Assembly (NCBI GenBank): GCA_036785375.1
Contig: JAWMAR010000102.1
Coordinates: forward strand, 4,030,001-4,094,000
From: Leucoraja ocellata
Lineage: Eukaryota
Length of the DNA: 64,000 nt
Direction of reading: 5' to 3'
The position numbers were made by a program, and so were the translations under genes. The notes beneath the pieces were generated by a model. The model worked only from the letters and a program-made list of their open reading frames with translations, ran no database searches and was not told where the DNA came from. Position 1 is the stretch's first letter, and each line of letters starts with the position of its first letter. Positions 23,556-36,547 of this stretch are shown here, in pieces.

Positions 23556-26500
23556 GTGAGCCAAAGTGTTTTATTGTGGCAAAGTATGAATTGGTGCTTG
23601 ACTGTTATTGTGTGTGCGTGCGTGTCCACCGCTCACTACTGTCAGCTGTTGAGTTTGCAAGTGTGGTTCTGGAATCCCTGCAAGATGATCACTACCCACT
23701 GCTAATCTTGTTGAGACATGCACCTCCATTTTAAGCTGTGGCACTTGTGGTATAAGGAGTGCAGCTGCCTGGCTTTGGAATAATGTCTTGCAACAAGCAG
23801 TGAAACATGAACACAAAACACCATTGTTTTTTAAATGCTGTCTCTATGTATGTACGCTTATTTTCCTGTTTTAAATTCCTATATCCACGTTTAGGCATGA
23901 GAGGTGATGATTCAACCCAATTACTCTAATTATATTGTTCCTGGTCAATCGCAAACCATTATTTATTGTACATCACCTTTCTCATATTCTCCCACCATCT
24001 GTTTATCATTTTTAACTCCACAAGTGTCAGTTTTTGTTTTGGTGAATATTGTCATGTAAATATGATGCATTGTTCATTTTTTGTTAGGTTATAACCTAAC
24101 TTGGGATAAATATTTGGCAAACCTTATTTATCCCTTGACTTGTCATTGCTCTAATTTGTATTTAATTAACTGCTGCCCATACCCAATAACTTTTGAACCT
24201 CGCTTTTTACTAATTTAATTTCACAGTCAACACTTTTCTCAATTTTATAAAGAAACTTAATAAAGCACTGAGAAACACAAGACAATATAAGTTACCTTTT
24301 TGTTTTGTGCACTTTAGATCAACTTTTGTAACTATGGTATGACTAAATTATAATATCAAGATGATAAAATAATAACTGTGCATATTATTGCAGAAGTAGT
24401 GTTTGTATTTGCAGTGCTAGTTCCACACTACTAGGAAGTGAGATGGAGCATGGCCTGGAGCTCTCAAATGCAGCTTTTGCTTTTGCATACCTCCAAACCT
24501 GTCCTATCCATGTATCAGTCTAACTTTTTCTTAAATGTTGCGATGGTCCCTGCCTCAACTACCTCCTCTGGCAGCTTGTTCCATACACCCATCACCCTTT
24601 GTGTGGATAAAGTTACCCCTTAAAAAGTTACCTCTTAAAAATACATCATACAAAAAACATTGAAATCATACTCCTACAGTGCACTAAAACCTTAATATTT
24701 GAACATTTGTTCAGTATATCTTTTTACTTTAAATGACATGCAATATATTCCCTTTGAACATAAAGGTGCAGCCCACTTAATTACAGCAATGGCTTTTGTT
24801 CTTTGGGTGCGGCATTGATCCAATTATTTCAATGAATAAAATAGACCAAAGATAGACACAAAATGCTGGAGTAACTCAGCGGGTCAGGTAGCATCTCTGA
24901 AGAAAATGGATAGGTGGCGTTTGGGGTTGTGACCCTTCTTCTGACATAGAAATGGAATGAAATAGACCAGTTGCTGCCATCTGCTGGATCAATGAGTTTG
25001 TGCAGCTTAGTTATAAAACTGAAAAGGAAACTGCCAAATACATAACAAGGGAGTTTTGTGCTACAAATAATTAAATGTGGATTGAGAATTGAATTCAATT
25101 GAAGTTTCCACGTGAAAATCGCAGTCATCTTGGATTACAGAATTTGAGGATACAGGTGCAAGGATCTTCCCCATTTTGAATTTTATACACTGTTTTGGTC
25201 ATCTTGCACGGAAGGATATTGTTGATGTGGAGAGAAATCAATGAATATGTACTGGACTATTTAACAGGATGGGAAAGCGGAGGTTCATGGAGCGATCAGA
25301 TTGGTCAGGGTTATAATTAACAGTGTATAGAAAAATGTATACAGAATATATCATAGAAACCTATAAAATTCTAACAGCACTAAAATGACTAGTTGCAGGG
25401 AGGATGCTCCAGGTCTCTGGAGTGTCAGGATCCAGGGGTCACAGCCTAGGAAAACGGGCAAGCCATTTAGAATTATCATCGAGAGAAACCTCCACTCGGA
25501 GCGTGGTGAATCTGTGGAATTCTCTGCCACGCCAGCAACAGAGGATATTCATGAAGGAGTTGATATATTTCTTAATGTCAGAGGGATATTGGGGATAAGG
25601 TGGTGAGGAGTATTGAAGTGGATGATCAACCATGATCTTGTTGAGTGGAGGAGCAGACCCAAAGTGATTAATGGTGCTCTTATTTTCCAAGTTTCTATCC
25701 CCCGAAAAGTTGTCTTTAAAGGCATAGGTCACAGTTCACTCTGGATGTGACACAATCTCCTGGTCCTCTTTCACCTATTTCCCCCTCTTCACATTTTGCT
25801 CCCCTTCCACCTTATCTTACATTCTTCTGACAGATGGGTGGACAAAGGCCAGAGATAAAAAAGGGACAACCAAATGTCCTCCTCACCTGTATCCACATCC
25901 TATCACTTACACGGGCTTTCGCCAACACCACCTCTTATCCAGCCCACCCCAACCCCCCCGCCCCCTCCCAACTATCCATCTGAAGAAGTATTCCAACCCA
26001 AAACTTCACCAATCTATGTCCTCCAGCGATGCTGCCTGACTTGCTGAGTTACTCCAAAACTTTTTTTTATAAACCGGCATCCGCAGTTCCTTGTGTCATT
26101 ATTAAATGGACCTGTCCTCCAATTCTGTTTTATTTTGGTTATCCATGAAAAGTTCTTTGTGCAGGATGGAACTGCAGATGCTGGTTTAAACTGAAGATGG
26201 ACACAAAATGCTGGAGTAACTCAGTGGGCCAGGCAACATCTCTGGAGAGAAGGAATGGGTGACGTTTTGGGTCGGGCTAGTCTGAAGAAGTGTCTCTCTA
26301 TCCAAAACATCACCCAAACGTTCTTTGGGTTCTATGTAATTGAAACATGTAGGATTTTGAGAGGACATTACAGGGTAAACGTTGAAAGCTTTTTTCACTT
26401 CATAAGGGGAATTCGGAATTATTGGGTGTGGACAACAAGCTGCCTCCCATTCAAGCTGGCAATGATGTCATTTCCTATCATAGGAGATCATCAATATTTG

Positions 26501-28606
26501 AAATCCTCTCACCAGAAAGCAGTGGAGGTTGAGTCATTGAACATATTCAGAGCCAAGATAGAAATTGTTCTGCGCAAGGGAGTCAAGAGGTATGGGGAAA
26601 ACACAGAGAAGTAGAGCTGAGGCCAAAATCAGATTTCATGATTTTAATGAATTGCACTGTCTGCTCAATGGTTCTTGTCTCGATTTTGCTGCTTAATGGC
26701 TGTTTGACTGACTCACAATTGTTTGTGCTCTGATACGGAGATTGTCAGTGACATCCAATGCCTTAATGGAATTAATCACAGGTTTATCAGAGAAAAATAC
26801 AAACAAGAGGACCAAGCAAACACTGCTATCTCTGTCCCTGAAGTACAATAATGCTTCATTATTTTCCATTCTATCAATTGCCTTCTTCAATGATTTTTCA
26901 ATCAGCATGTGGCATCTGAATCAATTGGCTATATTTCAAGCATAGATTCAAGTGTGCCTTGTGAATGTACTTTTACATTGCGCAGAAAGGGTTGGAAGTG
27001 AAGAAAACAAAAGATCTATAGTAAGGTAGACTTCTCTGCAATGTAAAACCTGAACCATTTCTAACTGATCAGTACTAATGAAAGGTCATTAGTCAGAGAT
27101 TTAGTTCTGTTTCTCTCCATAGACATCGCTGAGAATTTTCAGTTTATAATTGTAGAATTCAAGCATCTGCAGCATTTTGGTCTGAAGAAGGGTCCTGACC
27201 TGAAACATCACCGATCCTCTTTCTCCAGCGATGCCGCCTGACCAGCTGAGTTACTCCATTATCTGTGTCTACCTTTGGTATAAACTAGCGTCTGCAGTTC
27301 TTTTTTTCTGCTGTATTCTTCATCAGTAAGTCCCGTCACTGATCTTGAGAGATGATGTGGCTGCTGAAAGCACCATGGGCAATCTTGAGCTTGCCATTGC
27401 ATGCGGCCCACCAGATTATCACTGGCTGGTAGCTGATAGCTGAATCTTTCAGAGCAATAGCAGAATTTTACCTCGATCAGATTACTGTGTATAGGTATAT
27501 GATCAAAGATTGTGGAGGAAGGAACTGCAGATGTTGATTTACACCGAAGATGGACACAAAGTGCTGGAGTAACTCAACGGGACAGGCAGCATCTCTGGAG
27601 AGAAGCCATGGATGATGTTTCGGGTCGATCATGTTTTGCTTGGGCAGCTTACAACCCAGCAGTATGAATATTGATATCTCTAACTTCAAGTAATCCTTGC
27701 TTTCTCTCGCTCTCTTTCCCTTTCTCTCTGTCTCTCCCTCACCCTAGTTCTCCGACTATTTCACTGTTCTGATTAATTACAATTATATTTTACTAATTGT
27801 ATGCCTTGTCACCTTCACCATAGCTAACAATGTATCATGTCCTTATCACCGTCTGCTTTGATCTATAGTTTTCACACCTTACCCTACCATGTCTCTAGTC
27901 TCCCCCTCCCCTGACTCTTAGTCTGAAGAAGGATCTCGACCTGGAACGTCACCCATTCTTTCTCGAGAGATGCTGCCTGTCCGGTTGAGTTGCTACAGCT
28001 TTTTATGTTTATCTATGGTCAAAGATTGTTGACCTCCTAGATCAGCGTTTCTCCTTTCCGTTAGAATGAAATGTGCGTGCATTGTATGCAGGAATTAATC
28101 AAAGTATTAATCAGTGTGCGAATTGATTTCACGCAGTTTATGCTTCTGTCATATTGTAAATGTTGGTAGTGTTATTGCATAAACTCAATAAATATCTTTC
28201 CACTTATTTCTTGAACGCAACCCTTTGGAATAAAGGCACCTGTAAGTAATACATAACTATATAATTACTAGGTCCAATAGCTGATGATGATCAGTTTAAT
28301 GTCAACAAAGATACTTGTATTAAAATCCATGTGTGTTGTGATCCTTACCTTTAATGGAAAAACATAAGTCTGTGATTCCCATCCCAGATTGTGTCTCTGA
28401 TGATCAAATTCTCGGGGGAGAGATTTGAATCAAGATAATATTATTAGTGGTGTTTCAGTGCTCGCTCTGTTTGCGTATTTTGAAATAACTTGACCATGAC
28501 CACGTTTTTTTGTATTAAGAATCAATTATGCATGCAATGCAGTAAATAGTCACTTCGTATTATGATGTGTTCAAAGTTGTTGGGTTGGGATGCACCTTCA
28601 ATTACT

Positions 28607-29805
28607 GGGATGAGCTACGTCCGGATGCTCTTTGTGGATTTTAGTTCAGCCTTTAATACAATCATTCCGGACATTCTCATAGGTAAACTGGTCACTCTCG
28701 GCCTCCCCACTGTCACATGTGCCTGGATAAAGGATTTCCTCACCAACCGGCCCCAGACTGTGAGACTCGGCCCCCACCTCTCCTCCACTCGCAGGTTGAG
28801 TACCGGTTCCCCACAGGGCTGTGTGCTAAGCCCCCTCTTATACTGTCTCTACACCTACGACTGTAGTCTGGCCCACAACAACAACCGCATCGTCAAATTT
28901 GCTGACGACACTACTGTGGTCGGACTTATTTCGAAGGGAGACGAGGCAGCCTACAGAGAGGAAGTCCTGAAGTTGACAACCTGGTGCTCAGAAAACAATC
29001 TGGCTCTGAACACCAGGAAAACAAAAGAGCTCATTGTCGACTTCAGGAGGCACAGCACCGACTTAGCCCCCCTACACATCAACGGCGAGTGTGTGGAGAG
29101 GGTCAACACCTTCCGGTTTCTCGGTGTCCATATCACTGCTGACATCTCCTGGACGGACAACACGACAGCGGTCATCAAGAAGGCTCAGCAGCGGCTGCAC
29201 TTCCTGAGGGTCCTCAGGAAGCACAACCTGGACTCTAACCTGCTGCTGACCTTCTACCGCTCGTCCATCGAGAGCCTGCTGACATACTGCATTACAGCAT
29301 GGTATGGCAGCTGCACCATGGCAGACAGGGAGAGGCTTCAGAGGGTAACCAGGACAGCGCAGAGGATCATTGGCTGCCCTCTCCCCTCCCTGATGGACAT
29401 CTACACCTCCCGCTGCCTTAGCAGGGCAAAGAAGATCATCAAAGACAGCTCCCATCCTGCGTTTGGACTGTTCGACCTGCTGCCCTCTGGAAGGCGCTAT
29501 AGGTGCATCAAATCCAGGACAAACAGACTCAGGAATAGTTGCTTTCCGAGAATTATATCTACTATAAATTCAAATTCACACATGCACTGACTACACCGCC
29601 CAACACGGACTTCCATCTGTATATATGTATATATGAATGTAGCGCCGCAGAATTTGTGCACCTATTCCCCCCCCCCCCCCCCATCTCCCTTCTGTTTTTT
29701 GTTTTTCTGTCTCTTGTTTTTTGTGCTAAATTGTATGTATGCACTGAGTAAGAGCAGCTTTCAGTTTCACTGTACATGTATAGTGACAATAAATGGCATA
29801 TCTAT
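28607..29805 (+). mobile_element. Young 5'-truncated Rex1/Babar-type non-LTR retrotransposon with an open RT C-terminal ORF
   Basis: Uninterrupted [19 protein letters not shown]...[13 protein letters not shown]...[12 protein letters not shown]...[11 protein letters not shown]...RLRNSCFPR (stop 29590); GC-rich; 3' UTR ending GTGACAATAAA. Confidence 0.92.
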
Positions 29806-30055
29806 ATATGAACTGTTACAGTAAACACAAACACAATACATCCTCCAAATGTGTTGGGTTGGTTCTTATTTGAATGAGGCTGTCTAATAATGCAACAATA
29901 CACAGTATAAGTACAAAGCCCATTCTCAGCAATGCTGCAGCCCAGAATAGGGGCTATACCAATTGGAATTAAGTATAACAGAAAAACTAAAAATAATAAA
30001 AAATAGTGTTTATCTTACTTCATTAACACTGATATTCTTTATAATTTGTCTTCAG

Positions 30056-30107
30056 TAGTTTGGACTTGTCAGAATTAGCAAAGGCAGCAAAGAAAAAACT
30101 TCAATCG
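30056..30107 (+). CDS. GIT2: GIT2 coding exon 9 (start of Spa2 homology domain)
   Basis: cttcag|TAGTTTG...CAATCG|gtaagt; SLDLSELAKAAKKKLQS; 52 nt; CAGTAG tandem acceptor. Confidence 0.94.
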
Positions 30108-31661
30108 GTAAGTTTTCTTTGATTTTGACACTGATGTGGTTTGTGGCGGAAAATGATCGTCATACAGCATTGAGCTTGAAACCAAGGCCTAGTCTTAATT
30201 TGTTCACTTTTGCACACAATCCAAGAACATTGGTTTCCTTGTCAACTCGTCAAAACCACCATCTCTTCTCAGCTTATCTTTACAGCCTGGTCATTCCTCC
30301 TCTTCCCCTCTCACATCAGGCAGAATATACAAAATCTTAAAAGCACATACCTTTCAATTCAGGAACAGCTTCTTCCCTGCTGTTAACAGACTACTGAATG
30401 GTCCTTCCATAAGCCAGTGTGTAGTCCCGATCTCCCACGCTACCTCTTTGAGGACCTTGCACTTGTTTTTATTTGCACTTTCTCTGTAACGGCAACACTA
30501 TTAAGCTGTAACACTATATTTTACCATGTGACATTTTTCTCTTTGCACTACCTGTTGTAATGTGAAAGGCATCATTGCACTTGAGTACAGTTTGATTTGA
30601 CTGGATAGCACACTAACCTTTTCACTGTATCATGATACATATGACAATATAACAATACAATTACCATTTTACAGCTGCATTTACTATTTGGCTTGCTTGG
30701 TTGGCCTTTTGATGCAGTAACCCCATTCACCAGATCATTACATAATTGCACTTTGAGGTTTGAAAGCAAGTAAGAATTGTTTTTCTAATTTGCAACCAGA
30801 GCTACAAGAAAGGAGGTGTAGCCTTTCACAAGAAGCTAAAAATGGCTATGTCTATGCATGTTGCATATGCAGAACAGAAAGTAGGCATGTTTTGCATGTA
30901 CCTTCCTTCCCACCCACCTACTTTGGTGTCATCCTCAGCTCTTGGTGACCCTTCCCTTATCCTTCCACGACAAAGCCCACCCTTCCCATCGCTTCTCCAC
31001 ACCATCCTATCTCTGCGAGCTGATTCCTCTCCCCCTCCCCCTTGCTCTCACAACCACCTTGTTCTTATGTAGACCTGTTAGCATGTTTGTGAGTGGTGAC
31101 AGATAACCTCCAGAGTATTACTATTCTGTTTGTGAGGCATTCAAACTCCTTCTTTTTCTTTGTACTGTACATAAGAAAGTGGAAGGAAGGAATTGAGGAT
31201 TTTGCCGAGTCAAGATAGATACATTTATTTTTGACTGCTAATTTTCAGAAACGGGAACTTGGTATCAAACCTGCAGTTTTTTTTTAATCTATTACATGCA
31301 ACTTATTTTTGTTTTAGTTACATTTTATACTCTATTTTTCAAACTATTCCAATTTAATTTGAAGACACAAAGGGCTAGAGTAACTCAGTGGGCCGGGCAG
31401 CAACCCTGACGAATATGGATAGGTGACGTTTCTGAAGTCCGAAGAAGGGTCCTGACCCGAAATGTCACCTATCCATGTTTGCCAGAGATGCTGCCAGATC
31501 CGCTGAGTCATTCAGCCCTTTGTGTCTTTTCTATTTAAACCAACATCAGCAGTTCCTTGCTTCTCCAATTTTATTAAATGTTATTTTTAAGTGGGTTCTC
31601 AGAGTTTATGTAGTTGCATTTTAATTTATCTCAGCAGTACAATAATTATTTTTCTTTCTAG

Positions 31662-31734
31662 TTAAGTAATCACTTATTTGAGGAGCTAGCTATGGATGTA
31701 TATGATGAAGTAGATCGTAGAGAAACCGATGCAG
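31662..31734 (+). CDS. GIT2: GIT2 coding exon 10 (SHD repeat 1)
   Basis: ttctag|TTAAGT...GCAG|gtgagg; LSNHLFEELAMDVYDEVDRRETDA; 73 nt. Confidence 0.96.
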
Positions 31735-32209
31735 GTGAGGCTTCTGCTGTAAACTTTGTCTTAATGTTGTAATGCTGCTTTTCTGAAATAATGAACATAC
31801 CTGTTAGATAACCTGTTTGGAATTCCCTATGGATTTTTTGAATTCATTTTAATATGCACAAGTTGTTCTCATTAATCTGCTTGTTTTCCCAGAACAGTTT
31901 TTCTAAATTAATGAAATTGCCCAAAAGCAGTGATTTCACTGTAGGGGTGAAAATACAAATGGTTTTGAAGAATTCATTGATCATTTTGAACAGTTTAACT
32001 TAACTTCCTGTTATACTGCAGGAGGATGAAAAGGGAAAGCATGAATTTGAAATAATTATTTTATAATAATGGAAAGGTCATAAAATGGCCCTGAAGTTAT
32101 TATTTGTCATTTCTTCGAATCATTGATCAATATAGGCTAGAATGATTGCTTTGAACTTCGATGTTTTGTCCGGTGCTGCAATAAAATTAAATGATATTTC
32201 TATGCACAG

Positions 32210-32307
32210 TTTGGCTAACGACTCAAAATCACAGCACCCTGGTCACAGAAACAACGGTCATTCCCTTCCTTCCTGTGAATCCAGAGTATTCCTCAACTAG
32301 AAATCAG
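32210..32307 (+). CDS. GIT2: GIT2 coding exon 11 (SHD)
   Basis: gcacag|TTTGGCTA...AATCAG|gtgagt; (V)WLTTQNHSTLVTETTVIPFLPVNPEYSSTRNQ; 98 nt. Confidence 0.96.
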
Positions 32308-32467
32308 GTGAGTCTTATTTATGTGTAAACTTGTTAAAAGTGAGGGACATGTCAAATGAATGATCACATTTTCAAATTGTTGTTTACATTGGTTGAAGAA
32401 TTGACAGTCAATGCCACTTGAATAAATCCACAGAAATCTCCATTAGATTTTCAGAATTGTTTGGTTA

Positions 32468-32760
32468 AGAGTTTAGAGAAACAGGCCCTTCGACCAACCG
32501 AGTCCACACCGACCATCGATCACCCGTACACTATGTTATCCCACTTTCGCACCCTACACTTTAGGGAGCATTTACAGAAGCCAATTAACTCACAACCCTG
32601 CATGGTTTTTGAATTTTGGAGGGAACCAGAGCACCCGGAGAAAATCCATATGGTCACAGGGAGAACGAACAAACTCCATAGTCAGTACCCGTAGACAGGA
32701 TTGAACCTGGGTCTCTGGCGCTGTGAGGCAGCAGCTCTACTGCTGCCACACAGTGCCACT
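32468..32760 (-). mobile_element. tRNA-derived SINE (HE1/V-SINE-like)
   Basis: Reverse complement has a tRNA-like head (GCAGCAGTAGAGCTGCTGCCTCACAGCGCCAGAGACCCAGGTTCAATCC), the GGAGTTTG..CGTTCTCCCTGTGACC core and a CTCTAAAC tail. Confidence 0.8.
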
Positions 32761-32967
32761 TTTATCTTTAATTTAGGTTTAGTTGTTTTCTGTTGCTAGA
32801 TTTCATACTTGTTACCGAGAGAAAAGAAATCTGAAGCTGATATTGCATGTCATGAAGTTCACTTATTTAATTTTTTTCTTGTTCTTTCATGAATAAGATG
32901 CTTGCTACTAAGATCGTGTACGTAATTTCGTGTATATCTCTTTTGTTTTGACTTGTTTTGATTGCAG

Positions 32968-33079
32968 GGGAGGCAGAAGCTGGCACGGTTTAATGCTCAT
33001 GAGTTTGCCACTCTCGTCATTGACATTTTAAGTGATGCTAAGCGGAGACAACTTGGAAATCCTGTCACCAGTCCAAAAG
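32968..33079 (+). CDS. GIT2: GIT2 coding exon 12 (SHD repeat 2)
   Basis: ttgcag|GGGAGG...CCAAAAG|gtgtgt; GRQKLARFNAHEFATLVIDILSDAKRRQLGNPVTSPK; 112 nt. Confidence 0.96.
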
Positions 33080-35559
33080 GTGTGTGTGGGTTAATCTGTT
33101 GCTTGTATTTAAGAATACATGAGGTTTTGTCTTTTGAATTGAGTTTAAAGAATAGAATTCCTTTAAAAAATATATTTTTGCTGTGATGTTGGGTAGTCCC
33201 TGGAGAATGGTTACCGTGTGTGAACATTGGCCGCCTAGTATATCCAAGTTACACAAAATTGCTGGAGAAACTCAGCGGATGCAGCAGCATCTATGGAGCG
33301 AAGGAAATAGGCGATGTTTTTTTCCCACTTTTCTGGCCTATATTGAAAATACTGACTTTTGACGAAGTTGGGGGTAATATAATTAGCATGGATGGACAAT
33401 TTAATATCCATTCCTTACATGATATGCAGGGAATGGAGGGATATGGATCACATGCAGGCAGAGAATATGTGTTTAACTTGGTCAAGTTTTGCATGGACAT
33501 TGTGTGCCGAAGGGCCTACTCTTGTGTTGAAATGTTTTTGTTCAAAGGCTGACAGTAGTAGGAATAAACTGGCCAATTTCAAATTGGCAAACTGCTGCTT
33601 GTCATTCGCCACAAATCATCTCCTGGCACTCATCTATTCGCAATTTATATTAAGAACAAGGATAAGCTATAAGTGAAGTTTCATCTATTTCATGATACAA
33701 GCTAGAAAACAGTGTTGAGGAGGATGCAAATGCTTTGCCATGGGCTACGAATAGGTTAAGGGAAGGGTGACAGTGTATCAGATACTATAATGAAATTTCA
33801 CTTTAGTAAAACAAGAGATATATTTTTAAAGGTAAAAAATAAATGTGGATGTAAAGCAGCATCTTCGTGTGCTGGTTCATGAAGCAAACAGGCAATGAAA
33901 CGGGTGATTAGAAAGACAAACGATGAGATCACAGAACTGAGGGAATAAAATAGAATATGTTGGAAACACAGCCGGACAGAGTTAATATTAACTTTGTCTC
34001 CGTTTCCACAGATATTCTCTGACCTAATAGATTCCAGCATTTCCTGGTTTTGTTTTCTAGCATGTAAAGAAAATAAAAAAATTACTACTAAAGTAAGGAA
34101 GTCTCACCACAGATATGCAGGGCTTTGGTGAGACACTCTTAGAGATAATGAGTGCAGATTTTCAAAGCTTCATTAGTAAAGGTTTTCGCCTGTCCTGGAA
34201 CTATTATAGCCTAAGTATACAGGATCGGTGCCAAGGTTAGGTATTTATGCCCTAAAAATACATTGGCCTGCACTTCCTGGAACTTGGAAAAATATGTGAT
34301 GATCTCATCCAATTCCAGGAAGGATTGACAAAGTAGATTTTGAGAACCTGTTTAGTCCAGTGGAACTGTCTGATGACTGATTTTCATACTGGCACTTCAT
34401 TTTACTGAACGATTCATGTAGCTGCTTATAGGCTCGATCCTGTTGGAACTTTTCTCTGTATATTTCTTACAACTTTTCGTGTTCTCGGGAAACTTTATAA
34501 GTAGTTAAAGGTGGGGCCAAATAAATCGTACGGTATTATTAGGGTAGTGTGTGAGGTGTGCAGTGAAATAGTAATTGTATGTTCTTCTGTGCAGGTTCTG
34601 TTATCCACTAATGTATTAGAGAGATCAATGGGGTGTAAAAGCAAAATATTCCATCATAGGTCAACAGGAACAATCTTGTCCCAAGTCATAATGGATGAAC
34701 TCCAATGAAAAATAATAGCCTGAAGAATGAGATTCAGGGTGGATCAGATCAAAATGTATACAAATCTGAAAAAGTTCATAGATACAAGATACAAAGAATT
34801 TATTAGCAAAGTATGTAAGAACATACAAGGTATTTGAATTGCCATACAGTCATACCAAAAAAGCAGCAAGATAGACAACAACATAAAAATCAACATAAAC
34901 ATCCACCACAGTGCACTGTGATGGAAGGCAATAATGTATTATCTTCTTCCCTCCTTTTCTCCCGCGGTCTGGGCAGTCGAACCATCCCGAGTTGGGCGAT
35001 CGACGCTCCCACGATCGGGGCGGTTGTAGCTTCCGCCGTTGTAGCTCCCGAAGTCGATCCCTAACCAAGCTCTACGATGGTAGACCACAGTGCGGACGGA
35101 GATACGATACGGGAAAAAGTCGCATCTCCGTCGAGGCAAGCGGTTTAAAAGATTTCCCTCCACCCCACCCCCCACCCCCCCCACATAATACAAAACTAAC
35201 GATGCACTAAAACATACATTAACAACAAACTAAAACCAACAAAAGAAGAAAAGGACGAGACAGACTGTTGGCAAGGCTACCATTGGTCAGTACCACCTGG
35301 AACAATAGTTTCTTGGTAGAACCAGTGCATCACAATTTATATCATTATCTTCTCAACCATGAGGATAATTATTTGCAATGGTTCACATGCTACAGTCAAG
35401 AATATTTCAAAGTGCTACTGGATTATAGACTGGTATCAATGAGGTGCTGGGGAGATGGACTTTGTTTCATACCCTTTGGTCATTCACAGCTACCATTACA
35501 ATGATGGCATCCCATGGAAAGAACTGTTGTGGGTAGTATTTTAAATAAATGTACATTTT

Positions 35560-35842
35560 AGGATGACATGATGGCACAGTAGTAGAGTTGCTGCCTTAAA
35601 CCGCCAAAGACCCGGGTTCGATCCTGACTACTGCTGCTACCTGTACAGAATTTGTACGTTCTCTCCGAGATCTTCGGGTTCCTCCCACACTTCAAAGATG
35701 TACAGGTTTGTAGGTTAATTGGCTTGGTATAAATGTAAGTTATCCTTAGCATGTGTTGGATAGTGTTGGTGTGCAGGGATCGGTGTGGACTGGGTGGGTT
35801 GAAGGGCCTGTTTCCGTACTGTATCTCAAAACCAAACTAAAT
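35560..35842 (+). mobile_element. tRNA-derived SINE (HE1/V-SINE-like)
   Basis: TGGCACAGTAGTAGAGTTGCTGCC...GGTTCGATCC (A/B-box-like), central core, AAACTAAA tail. Confidence 0.82.
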
Positions 35843-36079
35843 CGTGGACAAAGGTGATCTTAAAAAGAAAAAAAAAGAGTTTTTTTGATGCACCAAACTG
35901 CTGTTGATTTTGTTAATGTATGATAAAATAATAGGCACTTTAGAGCACATTTTTCTGACTTAAAAAATATATATATATATCCCAAACGTACTTTGTAGTT
36001 ATGTGATGACTGTTGCCATGAGTGTTTTTTCCGTGATTTTATTGACCAATTCAGTTTCTTAATTTTTACATAATTCTAA

Positions 36080-36360
36080 AGTTTTTAGTTTAGAGGTACA
36101 GCGTGGAAGCAGGCCCTATGGCCCACCGAGTCCACACCAACCAGCGAGCACCCCATACACTAGCACTATGGACAATTTTCAAAAGCCAATTAACCTACAA
36201 GCCTGTACATCATTTGAGTGTGGGAGGAAACGGGAGCACCCGGAGAAAGCCCACGTGGTCACAGTGAGAATGTACAAACTCCATGCGACTGCACCCACAG
36301 TGAGGGTCAAACCCAGGTCTTTGGCGCTGTAAGGCTGACCGCTGCGCCATTGTGCCGCCC
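36080..36360 (-). mobile_element. tRNA-derived SINE (HE1/V-SINE-like), inverted relative to the 35560 copy
   Basis: Begins TTTAGTTTAGAG (tail) and ends CCGCTGCGCCATTGTGCCGCCC (head, reverse complement). Confidence 0.82.
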
Positions 36361-36413
36361 TAGTCATCTAATCTTTTTGGAAAGTGCTCATTTTTATTTT
36401 TTGTTTACATTAG

Positions 36414-36547
36414 ATAATGTGGAGCTTGTACTGAAGAGCATTAATGATCGTCATGGATGCCATGACAATGATCAGCCTGATTATGATAGCGTTGCTTCAG
36501 ATGAAGATACGGATCAGGAACCAGCAACTAAAGCAAACAGAGCAAAG
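36414..36547 (+). CDS. GIT2: GIT2 coding exon 13 (DYDSVASDED motif)
   Basis: cattag|ATAATGTG...GCAAAG|gtatgt; (D)NVELVLKSINDRHGCHDNDQPDYDSVASDEDTDQEPATKANRAK; 134 nt. Confidence 0.95.

Noticed and set aside
28562-29590. 342-aa ORF as a host gene or domesticated RT
   Set aside because: It is a 5'-truncated non-LTR RT with its own 3' UTR, and several decayed relatives lie in the same window.
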